Source of the DNA: Macrostomum lignano
Taxonomy: Eukaryota
Assembly: GCA_002269645.1 (NCBI GenBank)
Contig: NIVC01002637.1
Coordinates: forward strand, 1 to 64,000
Length of the DNA: 64,000 nucleotides
Direction: 5' to 3'
Shown here: positions 11,326 to 24,987 of the stretch, in pieces
How positions within the stretch are numbered: the first letter of the stretch is position 1
Layout: every line of letters begins with the position of its first letter
Position numbers and translations under genes: made by a program
The notes under the pieces: model-generated
Told to the model about the DNA's origin: nothing
Seen by the model: only the letters and a program-made list of their open reading frames with translations
The model's database searches: none

Positions 11326-13744
11326 CTAGCTGTCATCTGCCTTCACTTCTTCATCGGCGACAATTTCGCCGTTCGACTGCTGCTCGCGCGACTTCACATC
11401 GGCTGGTGCGGAATTGGGCGAAACCTGCGCATGCAAGTTGTTAACACGCGAATGTCAATACTTGTAGTAGCATTTAATGATTTTGTTTGTACTAAAGTAT
11501 TATATAAGACTGGTCTGCATTTTTATCAATGGGTTGCCACTCTTTTATTAATGGGTTGTCGCTACCCTCCGGTCTTTATCAATGGGTTGCCGCTACCCTC
11601 CGGTCTTTATCAATGGGTTGCCGCTACCCTCCGGTCTTTATCAATGGGTTGTCGCTACCCTCCGGTCTTTATCAATGGGTTGTCGCTACCCTCCGGTCTT
11701 TATCAATGGGTTGCCGCTACCCTCCGGTCTTTATCAATGGGTTGTCGCTACCCTCCGGTCTTTATCAATGGGTTGTCGCTACCCTCCGGTCTTTATCAAT
11801 GGGTTGCCGCTACCCTCCAGTCTTTTACCAATGGGTTGCCGCTATCCACTTGTAACATTACCAGAATAGTTCAGCACTTCCACTCTCACCTCCTTCTCGT
11901 GGTTCTGAACAGCAGCGCCCGCCGCCTCCGCGTCGCTACTAGTCGCAGCCTCCTCAAAGTCGTCGGCGTAATCTTCCACAGCCTTCGCCGACGCCGTTTC
12001 AGCTTCCGATTCTTCTCCATCTCCGCCTTCGGTTTCTTCTCCATTGTCTGGCTCTTCTTCATCTTGACCGGCGTCTTCATTTTCAGCTTTGTTGGCAGCG
12101 ACATCTTCGGTGGCTACGCTGTCCGTATCGCCGCCGGCAGCGGCCGGTACATCATCGTTACTAATGTCCAGATTGTTGACTAATCTAAAGAAGGCCAATT
12201 CGTTGAACAGCAGTTCGCTCAGATCCACCAGCATGTCCTCGGTGCAGTCGGCCAAACGATGACCGCGAAATCTGGCCAGAGAGTCGGCCAGCAGGCTGGA
12301 CAGCTGGCGGGCAAAGAACTGATCGAATTCGCTGTCCTTCGATGCCGCCGAGGCTGTGGACGCGGCGCTGCTGCCGGCTTCGTCGCCGGTGGCGGAAGGA
12401 TCCTAAGAAGAGTGTTGATTGAGTGAGGCACTGGAAGATTGAGAGGGGCACTGGATGACCAAGTGGGGCACTGGATGACCAAGTGGGGCACTGAATGACC
12501 AAGTGGGGCACTGAATGACCAAGTGGGGCACTGAATGACCAAGTGGGGCACTGAATGACCAAAATGGGGCACTGAATGACCAAGTGGGGCACTGAATGAC
12601 CAAGTGGGGCACTGAATGACCAAATGAGGCACTGAATGACCAAGTGGGGCACTAGAGCTGGAAACGGTTACAGCTGGCACACGCACTCACCAGGATCAAT
12701 TTAACCCGTTGCAGAGCCAAATCAGCCACCCATTTCAGCAGTTGCGGTGTGGCCACCTCCTGGGCGCGCGCCCGCAGAGCCGGTATAAGATGCCGCACCA
12801 CGGACTTCACCTGGCGGTCCAATTGTTCGGCATCGATTCTACCGCTGGCCGAAGCTCCGGCAGCGACGGCGGCCCGTCCGCCCGAAGATGACGATGATAG
12901 AAGGTGCTGACGCTGCTGCTGCTGATGCTGACGGACCTGGCGCATCGCCCGGTCCAGATTAATAGCAGTGTCGCCAAGAGAGTCCCGAGCGAAAGGCGCT
13001 TCGGCAGTCGCCTCCTCTGCGGCCGCCGATGTTGTCGTTGTTGCGTAGCTTTCCGATGGAGTTTGTTCGACGTCGACAACTACAGCTACGGCGCCTCTAT
13101 CGTAGTCGCCCTCGCCGTCGCCATCGTCGCTATCTCGCAGCCAAGGCGGCCGGGAAGCCAGATAGCCGTTCACCAATCGCTGCAGCTGCTGCAGAGCCCG
13201 CTGTCGAAGCCTGTCAGTAGACAGCAGCTGCAGTTCGCGGAACAGCTCAATCAGGTAGTGCGGCCGCGACTCGTTCTGAGAGATCACGGCGGCCACCTCG
13301 GAGTAGATGCTGCTGCGTAGCCGATCGAATCCCTGCTGGCTATGGGCTTCGGAGTTGTCCGTCTCGGACTCGGCGGCTGAGAATGCAGACTGCTGAGCCA
13401 GGTCAGTCTGGGAGCCGATGGTGGCTCGAGTTGTAGACATGGCCGCCTGTCTCTGAGCTGCCGTGTCAGCGCATGAGCAGCACGGCACCTGCTGCTGCTG
13501 CTGCTGCTGATAAGGATGATGCTGGCCCCAGAATCCCCACCAATATCCGGGATAGCTCTGATACAATGCAGCCGGCTGCTGTTGCTGCTGTCTCTGCTGC
13601 AGGTCGTTCACCTGCTGCGTGAGGCGGTGCAGCTGCTGCTGCTGGGCGGACAGCAAGGCGCAGCACTGCTGCAGGCACACGGCAATCTGGGCCGCTCCGG
13701 CGCCGAACTCGGCCGATCCCAACTGCTCCGCTGAAATCTGAGAT

Positions 13745-13787
<43 letters not shown>

Positions 13788-14633
13788 GCTCTCGCGCCTC
13801 CAGGCCAGCCGGGAACGTCGCCGAGTCGCCATCGTTGTAAGCGTCATCATCGCCGTCTTCATCGTCTTCGTCATCGTCAGCATCGGCCTGTTCCTCTTCT
13901 TCTTCCTCTTGCTGGCCCGCGGCCTCCTCGTCGTTGTCTTCTTGTTCGGCAGCGGCAAGAGCGGCCGCCGCCGCCGCAGCGTCTCGACCAGCGGCAGAGT
14001 GCAGCAGCTCCAGCTGGGTTTGCAGATCCACCAGGCGCTGTCGCTCCAGCACCAGCTGGCGCAGCTCCCGCTCGGCAGCCGAAGCTTCCGCGTTGCCTCC
14101 ATCACCATCGTCATCGCCATTCTGGCCGCCGCCGCCGCCAGACTGGTTAGTCGACAGCGAGGTCCCCGATCGTCGATAGTCGTCAGCCAGTTGGCGAACG
14201 CTTTCCAAACGATCGCGGACGGAGCGGAGGCGGTCCAGGCGGGCCTGCATCGTCTCCATGGCTCCCAGCAGCTGGGCGGCTTCGCCCGCCGTCTGTCTGG
14301 CGCTGAACGAACCGGCCGCCGCCTGCACCTCCGTGCTGGTTGTGGACGCGTCGGCACGCAAGTCGGCCAGCTCCTCTAGGGTCTGGTCTAGGCGGGCTCG
14401 GCGCGATTCCAGATCCATTAGGCGCTTGACCAGGGCGTCTTCAGATGGTGCGCCGGCACTGGCGACTTGCTGATTGCTTGCTGGAAGTGCTGGCAGCTGG
14501 CGATGCTGCTGCGGCTGCTGACTGCCTGCGGGCTACGGATGAAAGGAGGGTGACGTTTGGGCATCAGACAGACAGACACAGACAGATAACAGACAAGTAG
14601 ACACTAAGACAGACAGACAGACAGACAGACACT

Positions 14634-14693
<60 letters not shown>

Positions 14694-14695
14694 CT

Positions 14696-14731
<36 letters not shown>

Positions 14732-14752
14732 CTGACAGACAGACAGACAGAC

Positions 14753-14783
<31 letters not shown>

Positions 14784-15476
14784 CTGACAGACAAACAGAC
14801 AGGCAGACAGACAGACAGCAGACAGACAGACAGACAGACAGACACAGACGGACAGACAGACAGACACAGACGGACAGAGACGGACAGACAGACAAACTAC
14901 CTGCAACATCCGCCGCAGCAGGTCGCGCTGATTCCGCAGAGCCTCCAGCTCCTCGCCACTGTCAACATCAACGCCCCGTTCGCTGTCATCTTCGCCGCAC
15001 TGGGAAGTGTCAGCCGTGTCCGGGTGCCGGCCAAGCTTCGACTCGATGGTCGGTCGGCCCTTGCTCTCCACTTCGACATCCTCGTCTGCGTCTCCATCTT
15101 CATCAGCGTCGTCCTGATCTCCGACGTCCTCGCTGTCCCTCTCGCCGTCGGACTGTTGATCCGCCGCCATGTCAATGCCAGCATGGCGTCGGAGTCGGTC
15201 TTCGAGCGCCGCGGAGCAGTGCCGTTCCTGCGCGGCCAACTGCTGCATCAGACTGTCCAGATTGCGGCCCTGCCGGCCGCCGACAGATCGGCGAAGCTGA
15301 GCGGCCTGCCGCAGGTAGTGCCGGATCTGCTGCAGCCGGGCCGACAGGCTTTTAATATCGGACGCGTAGCCGTCTACGTCGGAATTGGCGGAGCCGTTGA
15401 CCGCCGCCTCCCGACGCTTGGTTTCCGAGCGCAGCATGATTTTGATGTTGTTTTCGCGAATTAGCTCAGAGATGAG
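11326..15476 (-). CDS. PCM1: Pericentriolar material 1 (centriolar satellite scaffold), compact ~1000 aa; exons 15476-14901, 14532-12691, 12402-11890, 11424-11326
   Basis: PCM1 C-terminal motifs [94 protein letters not shown] and [18 protein letters not shown]; N-terminal [14 protein letters not shown]. All four exons are multiples of 3 with phase-0 GT-AG junctions (3030 nt total). First in-frame ATG at 15437. Confidence 0.9.
11515..11845. repeat. 31-bp minisatellite in PCM1 last intron
   Basis: CTACCCTCCGGTCTTTATCAATGGGTTG(T/C)CG, about 10 copies. Confidence 0.95.
12425..12660. repeat. 20-bp minisatellite in PCM1 intron
   Basis: GGGCACTGAATGACCAAGTG units. Confidence 0.95.
14565..14895. 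repeat. (CAGA)n microsatellite in PCM1 intron
   Basis: Direct reading. Confidence 0.95.
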
Positions 15477-15547
15477 CTGCAGGTTTGTTTGATGGGTAGC
15501 TGGTTGTATTGTGCATCGTTGTGTACATTCTACTTGCGAATTGTATA

Positions 15548-17740
15548 TCCCACACTGTATTTCACTCAGATCCCACACTGTATTACACTCAGATCCCACA
15601 CTGTATTACACTCAGATCCCACACTGTATTTCACTCAGATCCCACACTGTATTATACTCAGATCCCACACTGTATTTCACTCAGATCCCACACTGTATTA
15701 TACTCAGATCCCACACTGTATTTCACTCAGATCCCACACTGTATTATACTCAGATCCCACACTGTATTTCACTCAGATCCCACACTGTATTATACTCAGA
15801 TCCCACACTGTATTTCACTCAGATCCCACACTGTATTACACTCAGATCCCACACTATATTACACTCAGATCCCACACTGTATTACACTCAGATCCCACAC
15901 TATATTACACTCAGATCCCACACTATATTACACTCAGATCCCACACTGTATTACACTCAGATCCCACACTGTATTTCACTCAGATCCCACACTGTATTAC
16001 ACTCAGATCCCACACTGTATTTCACTCAGATCCCACACTGTATTATACTCAGATCCCACACTATATTACACTCAGATCCCACACTGTATTTCACTCAGAT
16101 CCCACACTGTATTTCACTCAGATCCCACACTGTATTATACTCAGATCCCACACTGTATTTCACTCAGATCCCACACTGTATTTCACTCAGATCCCACACT
16201 GTATTTCACTCAGATCCCACACTGTATTATACTCAGATCCCACACTGTATTATACTCAGATCCCACACTGTATTTCACTCAGATCCCACACTGTATTATA
16301 CTCAGATCCCACACTGTATTTCACTCAGATCCCACACTGTATTATACTCAGATCCCACACTGTATTTCACTCAGATCCCACACTGTATTACACTCAGATC
16401 CCACACTATATTACACTCAGATCCCACACTGTATTACACTCAGATCCCACACTATATTACACTCAGATCCCACACTATATTACACTCAGATCCCACACTG
16501 TATTACACTCAGATCCCACACTGTATTACACTCAGATCCCACACTGTATTACACTCAGATCCCACACTGTATTTCACTCAGATCCCACACTGTATTACAC
16601 TCAGATCCCACACTGTATTTCACTCAGATCCCACACTGTATTACACTCAGATCCCACACTATATTTCACTCAGATCCCACACTGTATTTCACTCAGATCC
16701 CACACTGTATTTCACTCAGATCCCACACTGTATTATACTCAGATCCCACACTGTATTTCACTCAGATCCCACACTGTATTTCACTCAGATCCCACACTGT
16801 ATTTCACTCAGATCCCACACTGTATTATACTCAGATCCCACACTGTATTATACTCAGATCCCACACTGTATTTCACTCAGATCCCACACTGTATTCACTC
16901 AGATCCCACTGTATTTCACTCAGATCCCACACTGTATTACACTCAGATCCCACACTGTATCACACTCAGATCCCACACTGTATTACACTCAGATCCCACA
17001 CTGTATTACACTCAGATCCCACACTGTATTTCACTCAGATCCCACACTGTATTACACTCAGATCCCACACTGTATTTCACTCAGATCCCACACTGTATTA
17101 CACTCAGATCCCACACTATATTACACTCAGATCCCACACTGTATTACACTCAGATCCCACACTATATTACACTCAGATCCCACACTATATTACACTCAGA
17201 TCCCACACTGTATTACACTCAGATCCCACACTGTATTACACTCAGATCCCACACTGTATTACACTCAGATCCCACACTGTATTTCACTCAGATCCCACAC
17301 TGTATTACACTCAGATCCCACACTGTATTTCACTCAGATCCCACACTGTATTACACTCAGATCCCACACTATATTTCACTCAGATCCCACACTATATTAC
17401 ACTCAGATCCCACACTATATTTCACTCAGATCCCACACTGTATTACACTCAGATCCCACACTATATTACACTCAGATCCCACACTGTATTACACTCAGAT
17501 CCCACACTATATTACACTCAGATCCCACACTATATTACACTCAGATCCCACACTGTATTACACTCAGATCCCACACTGTATTACACTCAGATCCCACACT
17601 ATATTACACTCAGATCCCACACTGTATTACACTCAGATCCCACACTATATTACACTCAGATCCCACACTATATTACACTCAGATCCCACACTGTATTACA
17701 CTCAGATCCCACACTGCTTTAGACTCAGATCCCACACCCA
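15548..17740. repeat. 23-bp satellite (~95 copies) upstream of PCM1
   Basis: CACTCAGATCCCACACT(G/A)TATT(T/A) with a C/T variant; 23-aa periodicity in all three plus frames. Confidence 0.97.
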
Positions 17741-18299
17741 CCATGAATCTTAGACAATTGTCCGAACTTAACCTCACTGTGAATCCCACAAAACCAAAGT
17801 GTGAATTTTCATGAAACAGCAACAAGAAACGCCTATGTTTATTTATGTATACTATTACTTCATTAATATTAAACAAATACGAGCAATGATAACTATAAGA
17901 GTCCATAAGCACTAGTACTGATTTGATGAAAAGCAAAAGCATACATCAATCGGGTTGGGTGCACGTGTAGCTATAAGCAAACAACAGTACATTAATATAA
18001 TATTTAAATACTGTGAATTGCTGTACTAAGTACGTTACTAAAATTGGACAAGTTAATTTCGCGTCTTTGCAGTCAGAATAATTGAAAGACCCAAAAACTG
18101 TTCATAGTACACTTTAATGTGCAAATTGCTAAGCTGTTAAGATCTTTACATTCAGTCCGTTAGTCTTAAAGATCAGAAACAGACACGAGTGTCTGTTTTC
18201 ATAACTCATTAAATTTTGCTATGGATAAACTTCGTGTCTGCTAGGTTTCAATAATTTTCGAAGCAACAACTGCTATTAACTACTTTTCATATGGCCGTT

Positions 18300-18580
18300 G
18301 GTTAGAGATCATAGGGTGGATTGCCGGCTGGATTCCACTTCGGTCATGGGGTGATTACACCTCGGTCATAGGGTGATTCCACTTCGGTCATAGGGTGATT
18401 CCACTTCGGTCATAGGGTGGATTGGTGGGTGGATTCTACTTCGGTCATAGGGTGATTCCACTTCGGTCATAGGGTGGATTGGTGGGTGGATTCTACTTCG
18501 GTCATAGAGTCGGATTGCTGGGTGGATTCCACTTCGGTCATAGGGTGGATTGCTGGATGAATTCCACTTCGGTCATAATG
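18300..18580. repeat. Short tandem repeat (GGATTCCACTTCGGTCATAGGGTG variants) downstream of GTF2F2
   Basis: CTTCGGTCATAGGGTG recurs about 8 times. Confidence 0.88.
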
Positions 18581-18633
18581 TGAAAATGCTAATTATTACT
18601 AATAACTGTAGTCCTGATTGTAATTAGGCCCAA

Positions 18634-21132
18634 TCAGACCACTTGCAAATCGTCAGTGCCGTCAGCGGCATCGCCATCTCCATCGTCCATCGATGTGGAC
18701 GCGTTGCCGGCAGCGCCGCCGATTTTAGCGTCAGCATCTTCAATAGACTGCTTCCGCTTGTAGTGCCTGTACTCCGGTTTGAGCTCCCACATATTCTTGT
18801 GCGGTCCCTGATTGTTATGCACGGCAATCTCTTTGAGAATCTCTTTAAGGAATGGCAGCGGCTGCTTGGTGATGTCCACCAGATCTCGCACGGTGTAGTA
18901 CTGGTGCTTCTCGAACGCCACAAATAGCCTGGCCTGGACTTCTTCAGGCGTGTTGCGCAGCTTCTTGCCTTCATCTTTGCGCATCCGCTTCATTTTGTCA
19001 ATGCCGGCGTGAGATTCCATGGGCTTGCGCGGCTGCACCTGACAACGGGGGTGTCGGGAGGGGAGGTGGTGGAGCAGCTGGAGCTGCCAGCCAACATGTC
19101 TGCCTATCTCTCTGTGTCTGCAGTCCATATCAACTGCGTATGTCTATCTCTGTGTCTGTGGTCCATATCAACTGCGTATGTCTATCTCTTGTGTCTGGAT
19201 GCCTATCTCTGTCTGCTTGTCTATCTCTCTGTGTCTGTGGTCCAAATCAACTGCGTATGTCTATCTCTGTGTCTGTGGTCCATATCAACTGCGTATGTCT
19301 ATCTCTCTGTGTCTGTGGTCCATATCAACTGCGTATGTCTATCTCTGTGTCTGTGGTCCATATCAACTGCGTATGTCTATCTCTGTGTCTGTGGTCCATA
19401 TCAACTGCGTATGTCTATCTCTCTGTGTCTGTGGTCCATATCAACTGCGTATGTCTATCTCTCTGTGTCTGTGGTCCATATCAACTGCGTATGTCTATCT
19501 CTTGTGTCTGGATGCCTATCTCTGTCTGCTTGTCTATCTCTCTGTGTCTGTGGTCCATATCAACTGCGTATGTCTATCTCTTGTGTCTGGATGCCTATCT
19601 CTGTCTGCTTGTCTATCTCTCTGTGTCTGTGGTCCATATCAACTGCGTATGTCTATCTCTGTGTCTGTGGTCCATATCAACTGCGTATGTCTATCTCTGT
19701 GTCTGTGGTCCATATCAACTGCGTATGTCTATCTCTGTGTCTGTGGTCCATATCAACTGCGTATGTCTATCTCTGTGTCTGTGGTCCATATCAACTGCGT
19801 ATGTCTATCTCTTGTGTCTGGATGCCTATCTCTGTCTGCTTGTCTATCTCTCTGTGTCTGTGGTCCATATCAACTGTGCATGTCTATCTCTGTGTCTGCC
19901 TGTCTACTCACTGTATCTGCCTATCTGTGTCTGGATGTCTATCTGTGTCTGGATGTCTATCTCTGTGTCTGGATGTCTATCTCTGTGTCTGGATGTCTAT
20001 CTCTGTGTCTGGATGTATACCTCTGTGTCTGCCTATCTTTCCTCTGTGTCTGGATGTATATTATTCAGACCCTTCTTTAAATTTCTACCTACCTATTTCC
20101 CGTTATCAAGCTACGTGTCTTTTTATCTGTCCTCTGTCTGTGCCCTATATTTTGTTATGCAAACGTATCCGTACCCATCTATCCCATCTACGTATCTCGT
20201 GTATTTTATCTATCTAATTAAGTTTTCTGTGGACAGACGACAACGAGCGTACTGTTTTTACGAGCTTATATTTATTACTCCAATTTCCTACCCGCGTTTC
20301 TAGCTGAGAAGCCTGAAACTTAGAGCTGCGATTCTGCTCCATCTGGTGCCGCTTCAAGCGCATATGAGCGGCCGGATTCTGCGGCCGGCATTCCACACGG
20401 CGTTTAACAGTGCCGTAAAGGGATGCCTTCGACTCCAGCTGGCCGTCTGGCTGTCCGGGCCGCCGGCTGAACTCTTCCTGAGTGAGCAGATAGGCATCAG
20501 CTTTTGTGTGTTAGGGGCGATTCTCATGGCTGTGTTGGGGGCGATTCTCATGGCTGTGTTGGGGGCGATTCTCATAGCTGTGTTGGGGGCGATTCTCATG
20601 GCTGTGTTGGGGGCGATTCTCATAGCTGTGTTGGGGGCGATTCTCATGGTGTGTTACGGTTGATTGCCGTGACTGCCTTAGGGGGGTTGACATTATTCAA
20701 CTGCGTACTAACCATAACGAATCCTGCTTAACTTTCAGCTCTAGCAGTACAGCCATGGCCTACCTGGAGCACAAGCAGCGTCTGCTGATTTCGCCCTCCA
20801 CCAGACGGTTCAATAATAAAGGAGTGATCGCGCGGTATAAGGTCTGGCCGCTCCGCCATGGCCAGAGCCGCCTCGGACGGCCTCAGGCTGACGCCTTTGC
20901 CGGTGCCGCCGGCGCTGCTGGAACCGGCGCTGTCGCCGCCGCCGTCGCTAGTAACTAAATAACCAACTTCCTGTTTGTCGCGAGCCCGACGCCACAGTTC
21001 GTCAAGATATTTTGGCACCTTGACTAGCCAAAGAGGCTGTTTAGCCTTGCTTAGATCTAAATCCTTCAGATTGTAGGAGTCTACTAAGTCTACTTGCTCT
21101 GAGAGTTGGTAGCGGGTGAGCACAGGCTGTGC

Positions 21133-21168
<36 letters not shown>

Positions 21169-21183
21169 TTGTTGTTGCTGCAT
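18634..21183 (-). CDS. GTF2F2: General transcription factor IIF beta subunit (RAP30), 336 aa; exons 21183-20764, 20477-20292, 19038-18634
   Basis: DLDLSKAKQPLWLVKVPKYLDELW; VECRPQNPAAHMRLKR; LFVAFEKHQYYTVRDLVDITKQPLPFLKEILKEI..HKNMWELKPEYRHY. All junctions are phase-0 GT-AG. Confidence 0.96.
19095..20060. repeat. 38-40 bp minisatellite in GTF2F2 intron 2
   Basis: GTGTCTGTGGTCCATATCAACTGCGTATGTCTATCTCT units interspersed with GTGTCTGGATG units. Confidence 0.95.
20505..20655. repeat. 24-bp minisatellite in GTF2F2 intron 1
   Basis: GTGTTGGGGGCGATTCTCAT(G/A)GCT, about 6 copies. Confidence 0.93.
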
Positions 21184-21364
21184 TTTTGAGGCTGAGGGAT
21201 TATTGCTTTAACTTCAATACACTGCATGAATATAGTTTATTTACATGCATAGAGATCTAAATTTATGTACGAGTATTCAAAACAATAAATTTATTAGAAG
21301 AGAAACATTGTATAGGATAGATATAATCTTACGCTACATACTATTTTACAAAGTTATGAGTTGT

Positions 21365-21952
21365 CACGAGGGAGCTGCTGAGATGCCGAGGCTCATGGAA
21401 GTGATATCTAAGCTTATGGGGGAGTTGCTGAGATGGCTAGGCTTATGGGGTTGCTGAGATGCCTAAGCTTATGGGGTTGCTGAGATGCCTAAGCTTATGG
21501 GGGAGTTGCTGAGATGCCTAAGCTTATAGGGGAGTTGCTGAGATGCCTAACCTTAAACCTTATGGGGTTGCTAAGATGCCTAAGCTTATGGGGGAGTTGC
21601 TGAGATGCCTAAGCTTATAGGGGAGTTGCTGAGATGCCTAAGCTTATAGGGGAGTTGCTGAGATGCCTAAGCTTATAGGGGAGTTGCTGAGATGCCTAAG
21701 CTTATGGGGAGTTGCTGAGATGCCTAAGCTTATAGGGGAGTTGCTGAGATGCCTAAGTTTATGGGGAGTTGCTGAGATGCCTAAGCTTATGGGGGAGTTG
21801 CTGAGATGCCTAAGCTTATGGGGGAGTTGCTGAGATGCCTAAGCTTATGGGGGGAGTTGCTGAGATGCCTAAGCTTATGGGGGAGTTGCTGAGATGCCTA
21901 AGCTTATGGGGGAGTTGCTGAGATGCCTAAGCTTATGGGGGAGTTGCTGAGA
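21365..21952. repeat. 29-30 bp minisatellite upstream of GTF2F2
   Basis: GGGGGAGTTGCTGAGATGCCTAAGCTTATG, about 20 copies. Confidence 0.95.
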
Positions 21953-24629
21953 GGTTTTGTCTGCACACCTACTGCACACTATGCTTGCCAACTATACACT
22001 ATGCATACTATTGTTTTCCTTTCTATAAGTTTTTATATTGACAATAATTTACAAAATGAACAAAAGCTAAAAATATAAGCAACATTGTTTAAAAAATGCA
22101 CAAGAAAAAAGAAATTTTAAAATTTATTATAACCATATGCATAATATATTAAAATATTTTTTGACACAAAAATATTTTTTATGTAGCAATAAAATAAATA
22201 TGATAAAGTAGATAACTTACAACAATAACTATTTTCAAAAACTATGGTATGTTATATAATATAGAATTATAATATCCCATGCCATGCTTTAAGACATGTC
22301 TTACTATCATGCTAAATTTTATATTATCAAGCTATTCTATACCATAGCATATTACCTTTGCCAGGCAATATCCAAATGTATACCAATGCAAGCGCATAGT
22401 CATTTTGTCTGCTAGCAAAAAAACTTTAAAAAATTTAAATTTAGCTGCATATATTATAAAGCTTTTTTTCATGAGATTTATAAGTCAAAAAAATTTATGG
22501 TGAGATAACATGTTTGTATCTGTACCTTGTTTGTTATAATAGTTCAGAGAAATATGATAACCTATATTATATAATATTTAAATATCTAATAAGAAAAAGA
22601 TTTTAATTTTAATTTAACTATCTTTTAGTTAGGATGATTTATGATTTATAGTTTATCTATTATATATTCTATCATACATGCGCAATCTCCAAAATTTGGT
22701 CGGCCATAGGACTTAGTTTTAACAGAAATGCAACATAGTTTTTGGCCAAAAATGCGACTTACATGGAAAAAAACCTAAAGCAAAATTAACGCAACTTTGG
22801 GTAAACGGCAGGAGTAACTATGACTGTCTTATTAAGTCAAAATGCCTTGTCAGCTACTTAGTACTACACTTTGATATTTTTGGGTGGGCATTTTTGTGAC
22901 TTCCTTGATTGGCTGCCAAATTGGTCAGCCAGATTGGCCAACTCGGCCAACTGTTGCCCATGTATGTATTCTATAAATGATAAACAGATAGATAGGTAAT
23001 TATTAATTAAATAAAAAATATAGGAATTATTACTTTTATATATGCTTATGTCATATCTCTAATAGCCTAACATTAGTTGAGCACAAGCAGTTGACATTAG
23101 TTGAGCACAAATGATTTTGTTATTTAATTACTATCTTATTATAATATTATAACATTGACTTCAAATTTAATATTTTTAAGCAAACAAATTGTCAATAGAT
23201 AAAATAACTATCAACCCTTATACCATAGTCCAGATCATGCTAGGCCTAGATGCATACCTAAACAAAAATTGATAATTACAAATGCACGCTAAAAAAATGG
23301 AGTATATGCCTATTCTCAAAACTATGCCAGTATTGCAACAATAAATGACCTTTTTTACATTGTGACAATAAATGACACTTTTTACATTATGACAATAAAT
23401 GACCTTTTTTGAATTGCATAATAAATCTTTTTGGCAAATGACTTGGTTCATTTTTTGCTTTTTTGACAATACCATTTACAGTGGAAAATTAATATATGCA
23501 AAGATTTGTTTAAATGCTTTATTATGAGCTTCAAAACCTGGAAGCCTAGAAATTTATGCTTAAAATAAACCTATTTTCATCCTTTTTTCTACTTTACGAT
23601 AACTTTTTGGCATGATTCTATGAAGTGCATACCAGGTATATACCTACACTATTTCTTAGGAATGATATATACTAACTTTGCACACTTATTTTTGGTATGC
23701 AAGGCCAATGCACATATAAATTTTTGGGCGTATGCTATATGATCCAGAGTATGGCCCTCTAATATAGCAATGTATACCAATATATTTAGCCAAATAAAAT
23801 GCATGTTTGAATTTTCTATCATGATGTATGGCTTTTTAGAATATAGATAATAAGTATAGGCAAGGCAAATAAATTTATGCCTAAATAAACTTTTATTTTA
23901 AATTCATTGATATATGAAATAAGATTAGGCCAGCTATAGTTAAAATTAAATATAGGCCTATATAGGCCTATTAGGCACAACCTTAAGAATCACTTTGCCA
24001 TTTCTATTGGCAATATACATATATAAGTCACTATGGGCTAAGAGCAGTCACCTGACTACTATTCTGTCCAATAGCAACTTACATGTATGTGTTGCCAATA
24101 GAAATGGCCAGGTGAATCCCTAGGTTGTGCCCAAGCATGTAGGCCTAGAAGCTTTGATATCAAAGTTATTAAAAGATAGGCTAGGGCCTACTAATATTTT
24201 ATTATTAGATATAGATAAGATAGTAAATTTAAGCAATTAAGGAATACTTTCTGCTTCTAAATATAGGCCTAATTTTATTTAAAATATTACTATAAATAAT
24301 AATAGTAGAAAGTAGAAAGCTATAATATAGTTTTTTTTCTTAGTTGGCAATAGCCTTTATATATTTATATTCAATAAAAATATCAGGCCTATGCCTATAT
24401 ATATAGATTGTGATGGCTAGGGTCTAATATTAAAAAATTGCATCTTTAAATTAGACCTTGGATTGGATATAATTTTGTATCCTAGGGGCCTATCTTAGTG
24501 CCCCCAAAAAAACCCAAGGCTATATTCTAGTACTACCATTACTAGGCCTAGCCTAGAGTCTAGAGATGCTATATAATATCCTAACTTTCTAGTTTCCAAA
24601 TCATATCTTGAAATTAGGCGGCACAGGAC

Positions 24630-24987
24630 CTCCAGCTAGGGGGGGGGGGCGGTGGTTGGATGGTCACCCCCAGAAAAAATTATCAAAAAAATAATTACAT
24701 TCCAGCTTTCCAAAATCGTTAGGATTTGTTATCGCCCAGGCCCAGTTTGCAGTTCGCCCTCAAAGGGTGACCACCCTTACAGCCTACAGGCCCTACCGGG
24801 TGACCACCCCCCTGAGGTCTCAGGTGACCACCCCCATGCCCCATGGGGTGACCACACTTTTGAAAAAATATGGTAAAGTACCAATTTTTTTAAGTAGTGG
24901 GTGGTCACCCCCTGGGGGTGGTCACCCCGAGGGTGGTGAGGGGTGGTCACCCGGGGGCAGCCTGCCCCCCCCCCTGCGCCGCCACTG
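24630..24987. mobile_element. Probable solo DNA-transposon end (hAT-like CAGTGGCGG terminus) with GGTGACCACC subterminal motifs
   Basis: Ends GCGCCGCCACTG (rc CAGTGGCGGCGC); repeated GGTGACCACC/GGTGGTCACC motifs in both orientations. Partner terminus not found. Confidence 0.45.

Noticed and set aside
15489-17814. Three overlapping ~750-aa ORFs on the plus strand
   Set aside because: Artefact of a stop-free 23-bp repeat cycling through all frames; no coding features.
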